From the NCBI GenBank assembly GCA_964441285.1, contig CAYTUK010000001.1, forward strand, positions 225,662 through 289,661: a stretch of 64,000 nt of DNA. The letters run 5' to 3'. Positions 57,495 to 64,000 of this stretch are shown here, piece after piece (the stretch's first letter is position 1; the number at the start of each line of letters is the position of its first letter). Made by a program: the position numbers and the translations under genes. Source of the stretch: an uncultured Thiotrichaceae bacterium (GTDB taxonomy: Bacteria; Pseudomonadota; Gammaproteobacteria; SZUA-229). Below the pieces are notes generated by a model. That model searched no databases, had not been told where the DNA came from, and saw only the letters and a program-made list of their open reading frames with translations.

Positions 57495-60400
57495 ATGACA
57501 GATAATAAAGAAAATAAATCACTTAATACCGTGGCAGAAAAAAAGCATTTAGGTGTGGCTGGATGGATTGCAAAAGTCTTTATCTCATCACCATTGACAC
57601 CAATGTTAATTATATTATTTATTTTGATGGGGCTGGCTGGTATTACGTTTGTACCGCGCCAGGAAGACCCAACAATATCTGTCCCAATGGTCGATATACT
57701 TGTCAAATATCCTGGCGCATCCCCTGAGCAGGTTGCCGCACTGGTAACCGACCCGCTGGGACGCATTATGAGCGAAATGAGTGGCGTCAAGCACATCTAT
57801 TCGGTGGCGCAACGTGATAGTGCCATTGTGACAGTGCAGTTTAAGGTCGGGCAGCCTATGGGGCCTTCGCTGACTAAACTGTACAGCAAACTTAATTCAA
57901 ACAAAGATGCGATGCCACCGGGTGTTACCCAATACCTGGTAAAACCCAGGTCAGTGAACGACGTGCCAGGCCTTACTCTGACGCTCTGGTCTAATAAGGT
58001 GGATGATGCCTCTCTACGCCTGATTGCGCTGGATGTGTTACAGAGTTTAAGCGAAGTCCCTGATACGAATAAAGGTTTTGTTGTCAGTGGTCGCAGAGAG
58101 CAGTTGCGAGTTGAGGTGCTGCCAGCGAAACTGGCCGGTTACGGGCTTACTCTGCAACAGATTGCCCGCGCCATTCAACAATCAAACAGTGAAGAGGGCG
58201 TGGGTAAGAATATTGAATCAGGAAACCACAGTTTTAAAATTTATACCGGATCTTTTCTGAAATCAGCCCGGGATGTCGAAAATCTTATTGTTGGCATTAA
58301 AGGCGGTGATCCGGTTTATCTGCGTGATGTGGCAAACGTCATTCACGGACCATCAGAGGCTTCCAGTGAAGTAAGAGAATATAGTGGTCCGGCAAGCAAA
58401 GATGCCAACGTGGTAAATGGTGCCCCGGCAGTTACTATTGCTATTGCCAAGAAAAAAGGCACCAATGGTGTTTCTGTATACAATGCGCTACTGAAGAAAG
58501 TCCAGGAGATTAAGGGCGTTATTATTCCGGATAATGTTCATGTTCATGTCTCGCGCGACTATGGTGTTACCGCCAATAATAAAGTAAATGAGCTTGTTTT
58601 TAAATTATTTGTGGCTACCGGTGCCGTTGTTTTTCTGGTGTGGTTTGCGCTTGGCTGGCGGCCAGCCGTTGTCGTGTTAATTGTTATTCCAATTGTTATT
58701 TTGTTCTCTCTGTTTGGTGCGATGTTGTTGGGTATGTCGATTAATCGAGTCAGTCTGTTTGCCATGATATTTGCTATCGGTATTCTGGTCGATGATGCCA
58801 TTGTGGTGATAGAAAATATTTATCGCCACTGGTTATTGAATAAAGATATGAGCGAAGAGACAACGATTGAAGCGGTGAATGAAGTGGGAAACCCAACCAT
58901 TCTGGCGACATTTACCGTTATTGCAGCATTGTTACCTATGGGGGCAGTGGGTGGCATGATGGGGCCTTATATGGCTCCAATTCCAATTTTGGGTTCGGTT
59001 GCAATGATAACTTCACTCTTTGCCGCGTTTGCCTTTACGCCCTGGCTGGCAAATAAGATGAAGCCTTCAATGCAGACGTTGGCAACCCAGGCAGAAAAAG
59101 AGCATCGATCCAGCGAGCGTCTGGGCGGTTTTTTTAAACGTCTGATTTGCCCATTAATTGAAAATAGTATCCTGGGTTATGGTTTTCTAGCTTCATTGTT
59201 TGTAATTTTCTTTGCTGTCTGTGTGATGTTTTATACACATGCTGTACGGGTGAAGATGCTACCACTGGATAATAAAGCCGAATTTAATGTGGTGATTAAT
59301 TTTCCAGCAGGTACTTCGCTAATTGATACGGCTAATCTGACAGCCAATCTTGTAAGTGAAATAAGAAAATCCAGCCAGGTGGTTGCCTTACAGTCTTATG
59401 TTGGCACCGCCTCACCCTATAATTTTAATGGTCTGGTACGGCATTATTACCTACGCGATAATCCCTGGCAGGCGGATATTCAGGTTGAGTTAACCAAAAA
59501 AACGACGCGTAAGATTAGTAGTCATGAAATTGCAGAACAGGTGCGCGCAAAGCTGACACCGATTGCTAAAGCAGCGGGCGCTCGTATTCAGGTTGTAGAA
59601 ATGCCGCCGGGGCCGCCCGTTCTACAGGACGTTGTAGCAACGATTTACGGTCCAGATGCAAAAATCCGCCGCCAGTTTGCCAGGGATATGACTAAAATGT
59701 TTCAGCAGGCACCGAGTATTACTGATGTGGATAATCTGATGCAGCCACCTTATGAAATATGGCGATTTGAGGTGGATAGGGACAAGGCGTCTCGTGCTGG
59801 AATTAGCGTGGATGAAATTAATCAGACTTTGGCGATGGCGATGGGTGGCTATGTTCTGGGTGACATTAAGCGTGGTTTTGTGGTTGAACCGACATACATC
59901 ATTTTGCAGGTACCGTTACCCATTCGTTCTGAATTTTCACGTCTGGGTGCTATTCCTGTAAAATCATCAAATGGTACTCTGGTACCGTTATCTGAGCTGG
60001 GATCCTTTGTTAAAGGTTTTGAGCGGAATGTTATTTACCAGAAGGATTTACGCTATGTGGAATTTGTTACGGGTGCCAGTGCCGGCCACCTGGCTGCTCC
60101 TATCTACGGTATGTTTCAGGTGGATAAGATGCTGGATAACTATACTGCACCGGATGGTGTTAAAGTGGCACACGGCTTTTTTGGTGGTGGTTTCTTTGGG
60201 CCACCGGCAAACAGTAAGAAATCAGCGATTGAATGGACTGGCGAGTGGAATGTTACCTATGAGACCTTCCGCGATATGGGTGGCGCTTTTATTATAGCGC
60301 TGGTAGTTATCTTTATGTTGGTAGTGGTTGAGTTTAAAAACTTTATCTTTCCATCAATTATTATGGCACCGATACCGCTCACGCTAGTCGGTATTATTCC

Positions 60401-61262
60401 TGGGCACTGGCTGTTTCATGCGTATTTTACAGCCACATCGATGATCGGCTGGATTGCGCTATCGGGGATTATTGTGCGTAATTCTATTTTGCTGGTTGAC
60501 TTTACCCGGCGCGAAGTGGCTCAGGGTGTGGATGTGCGTGATGCCGTAATTCATTCATGCCAGGCAAGAACCCGTCCCATTGTCATTACTGCGCTGGCGC
60601 TAGTCGCAGGATCCAGTGTTATTTTAACGGATCCGATCTTTCAGGGGATGGCAATATCGTTACTATTTGGTGTACTTGTATCGACAGTGCTTACCTTGCT
60701 GATTATTCCGTTAGGCTGCATTTCAATGAAAAAGGCCTTTCCTGTCTGTGCAATTGAGTCAGCTGTTGCTCCGGTTGAACCAGCAGAGCCAAAGTATAAA
60801 ACCCCTTTGTGGATGTCGGTTTACAGCGTGATGGTAACGCTTATTAGCGGGTTAATTGTTATCGTGAAAATGGTATTTAATTTAATACGATTCATTATTC
60901 GTCTATTGATGTCGATGCGTGGATCCGGCGACTCACCACCGCCTGCGCCACCAGCTCCTGCCTCAGCAGATGTAGATTCTGCAAGCCATGATGCTACCAA
61001 AGCGGCAGCTGATACGGTTGTAGACGTTCAGGTGGTGAAAACGGAAGGTAAAGATAAGGTGCCGGTAGTGAAAAAAACAGCCGCTATCAAGAAAACTCCG
61101 ATAAAAACGGCGGTGAAAAAAAAGCCTGCAATAAAAAAAGCGGCAATAAAAAAGGCCGCAGTAAAAAAAGCACCAGGTAAGAAATCTTCACCAGCTAATC
61201 GTCGGGGTATACGTTTAAAAGTTGAAGATGTGCCGTCTACTGATAAAGAAAGCGGGGAGTAA
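57495..61262 (+). CDS. RND-family efflux permease with an extra C-terminal hydrophobic segment and a Lys/Ala/Pro-rich tail
   Basis: Start trimmed to the ATG at 57495. RND hallmarks: FAIGILVDDAIVVIENI and LSGIIVRNSILLVDF. After TM12 there is a further roughly 180 aa: a hydrophobic helix (LWMSVYSVMVTLISGLIVIV...), PPPAPPAP, then KKTAAIKKTPIKTAVKKKPAIKKAAIKKAAVKKAPGKK. Confidence 0.88.
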   Translation: MTDNKENKSLNTVAEKKHLGVAGWIAKVFISSPLTPMLIILFILMGLAGITFVPRQEDPTISVPMVDILVKYPGASPEQVAALVTDPLGRIMSEMSGVKHIYSVAQRDSAIVTVQFKVGQPMGPSLTKLYSKLNSNKDAMPPGVTQYLVKPRSVNDVPGLTLTLWSNKVDDASLRLIALDVLQSLSEVPDTNKGFVVSGRREQLRVEVLPAKLAGYGLTLQQIARAIQQSNSEEGVGKNIESGNHSFKIYTGSFLKSARDVENLIVGIKGGDPVYLRDVANVIHGPSEASSEVREYSGPASKDANVVNGAPAVTIAIAKKKGTNGVSVYNALLKKVQEIKGVIIPDNVHVHVSRDYGVTANNKVNELVFKLFVATGAVVFLVWFALGWRPAVVVLIVIPIVILFSLFGAMLLGMSINRVSLFAMIFAIGILVDDAIVVIENIYRHWLLNKDMSEETTIEAVNEVGNPTILATFTVIAALLPMGAVGGMMGPYMAPIPILGSVAMITSLFAAFAFTPWLANKMKPSMQTLATQAEKEHRSSERLGGFFKRLICPLIENSILGYGFLASLFVIFFAVCVMFYTHAVRVKMLPLDNKAEFNVVINFPAGTSLIDTANLTANLVSEIRKSSQVVALQSYVGTASPYNFNGLVRHYYLRDNPWQADIQVELTKKTTRKISSHEIAEQVRAKLTPIAKAAGARIQVVEMPPGPPVLQDVVATIYGPDAKIRRQFARDMTKMFQQAPSITDVDNLMQPPYEIWRFEVDRDKASRAGISVDEINQTLAMAMGGYVLGDIKRGFVVEPTYIILQVPLPIRSEFSRLGAIPVKSSNGTLVPLSELGSFVKGFERNVIYQKDLRYVEFVTGASAGHLAAPIYGMFQVDKMLDNYTAPDGVKVAHGFFGGGFFGPPANSKKSAIEWTGEWNVTYETFRDMGGAFIIALVVIFMLVVVEFKNFIFPSIIMAPIPLTLVGIIPGHWLFHAYFTATSMIGWIALSGIIVRNSILLVDFTRREVAQGVDVRDAVIHSCQARTRPIVITALALVAGSSVILTDPIFQGMAISLLFGVLVSTVLTLLIIPLGCISMKKAFPVCAIESAVAPVEPAEPKYKTPLWMSVYSVMVTLISGLIVIVKMVFNLIRFIIRLLMSMRGSGDSPPPAPPAPASADVDSASHDATKAAADTVVDVQVVKTEGKDKVPVVKKTAAIKKTPIKTAVKKKPAIKKAAIKKAAVKKAPGKKSSPANRRGIRLKVEDVPSTDKESGE

Positions 61263-61265
61263 CGA

Positions 61266-62090
61266 ATGCAGTTTGAATTTAATCGCCAGTCATCATTGTG
61301 GGTTGTTGTGACACTGCTCGTATTTTCTGTTTCAACCGCAGCACAAAATAGTGCGGCAGCAGCAACACCAATCGCCGGAAACCGGCCTGTTCAGCTGATA
61401 ACGAATGCCAGGGTATCCGGTTTATCGCACATTAAGCCCTCGGTTAGTGCTAAAAATGCAGCGGTAAATTCCCGTCCGGCTCCACATGGTAGCGAGTTTG
61501 GTATGGGAAGGACGGTGATGCGGTTCCCACATTGGTCGCATAAAAGAACATTGGTGCGTAAACTATTGCCCCCACCCCCACCGGGGCCCTACAACTCTTT
61601 TGCGTATAATATTAATCCGCTAGTCGATGCAGATATCCAGTACATAAAACCTGCTCCAGTTCCAGCTATTGAGGCATCCTCGGCAACCAGATTTAGCCCA
61701 AATACTCCCTGGCCTGGTGATAAAGGGAGTGTGAATCGCTGGCGACCTGATGATGGTTACCATTTTGTTGCACCGGGATTTATGCCCCCGATGCCTGTAC
61801 CCATGCCCATCGAGTCTTTTAATTATCCACAGCCAGTTTATTTACCACCTGCTCGACCCGTAATGCCGGTAATGAATAATGGGATTAGACCGCCTCGCCA
61901 GTTGCATTATAATGCACCAGGGTTGATACCAAATCATAGAGGTCGCCGGCCTGTTATATCGCATAATACGCCACCGAGGCATACGTTATCCTCAGGCAGA
62001 CGGTACTTTGAGCCACGGTACCGCGTGCATTCAGAGTTACGCCAAAGGAATAACCAGGCAGGATGGATACCTAATGGTAATGGCTTTTAA
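61266..62090 (+). CDS. Secreted proline-rich basic low-complexity protein
   Basis: 274-aa ORF starting 4 nt after the RND stop. Signal peptide, LLPPPPPGPY, MPPMPVPMPIESFNYPQPVYLPPARPVMPVM. No family recognised. Confidence 0.6.
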   Translation: MQFEFNRQSSLWVVVTLLVFSVSTAAQNSAAAATPIAGNRPVQLITNARVSGLSHIKPSVSAKNAAVNSRPAPHGSEFGMGRTVMRFPHWSHKRTLVRKLLPPPPPGPYNSFAYNINPLVDADIQYIKPAPVPAIEASSATRFSPNTPWPGDKGSVNRWRPDDGYHFVAPGFMPPMPVPMPIESFNYPQPVYLPPARPVMPVMNNGIRPPRQLHYNAPGLIPNHRGRRPVISHNTPPRHTLSSGRRYFEPRYRVHSELRQRNNQAGWIPNGNGF

Positions 62091-62291
62091 GTCAGAACAG
62101 GTCGATATATAATAGAATGGGTCAGGTTCGAAGTGTGCTAAGTCTGGTCTCAGTATTTATACTTAGCCAGGTAGACTGAGTGAAGTGTCGTGAAGTCTGG
62201 CATAAGCATGGTTAGGCTTTGAAAGCTTGTTTGCTGAGTTTATTCGTGAACAGGCGGTTAATAATTTCTGTTACAGGTGTAAATCAAGTTA

Positions 62292-62975
62292 ATGTATATA
62301 AGGCGTTTTTTTTTACTTTGTGTGGTCCTTACGCCGACGACCATCGTGGTTGCTGCGGATTATGTTAGTGGATTCAGTGATGGCTTAATGCATGTTCCAG
62401 GCAGTCAATCAGGATTTGTTTCTGCGAATGACTACAATCCCTGGGCTGTGCCGCAGTTGCCTGTTTTGCCGCGTTATTCTGCTGTGCAGAAAACAGATGC
62501 AGGATTATCGGCAGGTCTTAAACCAAGCGTAAGTAATCCTTATCAGAGCAGCGTGTATCAGCGAAGAAATTATAATCCATATTATCAATCTGCGACTGTG
62601 CGCCAACACTATTCGTTAAAATACAACCAAAAATATAGTCCGAGGACAGCGCCAGACATTAATGCACCTCAACCCCGTTATGCGTTTCGCCAGCCATCAC
62701 GTTATGTTACACCAGGTATACTTGAGGCATTAAAGAAACAGCAAATGCGGATGCAACAAACACGCTTGCCCAGACAATATAATTATTACCAGAAAAACCG
62801 CAATAATCAAAATTTAACCGGGAGAGAGTTTAATTCTCCTGCAATGCTAGCGAATGCACCATTGTCATATCAAAGTGAATCGCTACCAATGGGATTATCA
62901 GGTCGAAATTATAACTATAACCGTAACTTTAATCCGTTTAACTTTGAGCCATTTGGTAATTTCACTCCATACTGA
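62292..62975 (+). CDS. Secreted Tyr/Asn/Gln/Pro/Arg-rich low-complexity protein
   Basis: 227-aa ORF with a signal peptide, NYNPYYQS, RQYNYYQKNRNNQN and GRNYNYNRNFNPFNFEPFGNFTPY. No family recognised. Confidence 0.55.
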   Translation: MYIRRFFLLCVVLTPTTIVVAADYVSGFSDGLMHVPGSQSGFVSANDYNPWAVPQLPVLPRYSAVQKTDAGLSAGLKPSVSNPYQSSVYQRRNYNPYYQSATVRQHYSLKYNQKYSPRTAPDINAPQPRYAFRQPSRYVTPGILEALKKQQMRMQQTRLPRQYNYYQKNRNNQNLTGREFNSPAMLANAPLSYQSESLPMGLSGRNYNYNRNFNPFNFEPFGNFTPY

Positions 62976-63056
62976 GTCGCTACAAAATTAATTTGATGCA
63001 AGACATTGTTGTATGATTTTATTGTAGATGATTTTGCACTACTTTTAAACTTAAAA

Positions 63057-63824
63057 ATGACTATTCAGAAAACGGTTTTATTGATCAGTGCAATTTTTTT
63101 TAGTGTTATGACCAGTCGTGCGTCTGCGATTTCATTTACGGCGGATGCAGTGCAAATTCACGGCAAGCAGATCAGTCATGCGAAGCTGTTCTGGCAGGGT
63201 GATCGTGTTCGCTTTGAGTACCTGATAAAAGGTGTGCCAATGGTGCAGATCTTTGATATGTTAAAAAATAAAGTGATCTGGCTGAATACTAAAGACAGAT
63301 TTTATCTTGAAAAAAAACTGCCGACATCTGAAAAAATGCAGTTGGAGATAAAAACGAGTAAAACCTATAATCCGTGTAAGCAATTTCAGCAAGCGAGCTG
63401 TTTACATCTGAAGAAAGCAAAAGTGAATGGACGTGAAGCAGACGAATGGTTAATCACGCTAACGAATCATGGCCGAGATTACCATGTTTTTCAGTGGATA
63501 GATCAACGTTACAAAACCCTGCTACGACAGGAAAACCCGGATGGTTCAGCGCTGAATGTTAAGATTACGGATAATCAAGTGATCAACGGGCGTAAAACCC
63601 GCAAACTGGATATGTACGCTTTTTCTGCCAATGGTCAGCGAACACATGGTATTCAGTGGTATGACAATGCGCTGAATGTTGTAGTAAGGCAACAGTACCG
63701 GAACAATATTATTGATGAATTGAGACATATCAAGGTGCGGAAAATAAAACAGACTATGTTTGTTATTCCTAAAGGCTATAAGCCTTATAGCAAGTCAGTG
63801 CAGATGGTGAAACAGGCTGAATAA
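63057..63824 (+). CDS. Secreted protein of unknown function (LolA/DUF4412-like fold is only a guess)
   Basis: ATG at 63057 gives the signal peptide MTIQKTVLLISAIFFSVMTSRASA. The remainder appears rich in beta-strand-like sequence. Confidence 0.55.
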   Translation: MTIQKTVLLISAIFFSVMTSRASAISFTADAVQIHGKQISHAKLFWQGDRVRFEYLIKGVPMVQIFDMLKNKVIWLNTKDRFYLEKKLPTSEKMQLEIKTSKTYNPCKQFQQASCLHLKKAKVNGREADEWLITLTNHGRDYHVFQWIDQRYKTLLRQENPDGSALNVKITDNQVINGRKTRKLDMYAFSANGQRTHGIQWYDNALNVVVRQQYRNNIIDELRHIKVRKIKQTMFVIPKGYKPYSKSVQMVKQAE

Positions 63825-63876
63825 TTCATTTGGCCAGGATTTATACATCTAATTACTTTACAGGCAGGCAATATTT

Positions 63877-64000
63877 ATGTTGACAGTTGTGGGAAATTTA
63901 AAGGGCGGAACGGGTAAAAGTACCGTGGCGTTTAATTTATCGGTCTGGCTGGCGTATGAAAAAGCAGGTGTAAAAGCGTTTGATCTGGATCCACAATGTA
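63877..64000 (+). CDS. ParA/MinD-family ATPase, N-terminal fragment running off the window
   Basis: MLTVVGNLKGGTGKSTVAFNLSVWLA... carries the deviant Walker A motif KGGTGKST. Confidence 0.8.
   Translation, partial: MLTVVGNLKGGTGKSTVAFNLSVWLAYEKAGVKAFDLDPQC

Noticed and set aside
62120-62135. ggttcgaag motif resembling a tRNA T-loop
   Set aside because: No acceptor stem, anticodon arm or the GGTTCGAATCC continuation. Not a tRNA.
1-64000. Search for CRISPR arrays, rRNA/tRNA genes, integrases/transposases, prophage or toxin-antitoxin/defence modules
   Set aside because: I saw no spaced direct-repeat arrays, no rRNA/tRNA signatures and no recombinase-like ORFs. The only mobile-looking DNA is the non-autonomous repeat family.

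Overview
The window looks like a chromosomal segment of an AT-leaning gammaproteobacterium, judged from E. coli-like orthologues (Mak, RlmG, YadGH, YdbH-YnbE-YdbL, EF-P/EpmA/EpmB, GshA) next to PEP-CTERM-type proteins. I found no rRNA, tRNA, CRISPR array, transposase or integrase.

Gene content in order:
- MoxR-DUF58-DUF4381-BatA-BatB/TPR-BatD operon (1-5.8 kb)
- Cobalamin riboswitch driving a TonB-dependent receptor, a beta-propeller lipoprotein and two PEP-CTERM proteins, followed by a PduO-type adenosyltransferase (6-12.2 kb)
- mak, rlmG and a membrane-anchored FMN glutamate-synthase-like protein
- Cytochrome c4 and petABC (bc1 complex)
- Aldehyde dehydrogenase, yadGH and a TetR regulator
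- DUF692 (MNIO) / DUF2063 pair with a secreted EGKCG-repeat protein (25.5-30.6 kb)
- gshA, a DUF1015 protein and a CDF exporter
- ars locus (arsR, a decayed arsC, ACR3) facing a cytochrome c-beta-propeller fusion
- ydbH-ynbE-ydbL
- An MFP/RND pair
- A FimX-like degenerate GGDEF-EAL protein with a PilZ-type partner
- epmB-efp-epmA
- A sigma-54 activator divergent from a second MFP/RND pair whose pump carries a Lys/Ala-rich tail, followed by secreted low-complexity proteins
- A partial parA

The best candidate for a poorly described system is the MNIO/DUF2063 plus Cys-Gly repeat precursor locus. It contains an embedded FMN oxidoreductase.

Other notable signals:
- A roughly 125-bp MITE-like repeat family; one copy sits inside a 19-bp-stem hairpin flanked by a 5-bp duplication
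- A perfect 23-bp palindrome at the arsR promoter
- An internally deleted arsC
- The sigma-54-controlled RND/low-complexity protein operon

All family assignments come from reading motifs by eye. No database search was run.
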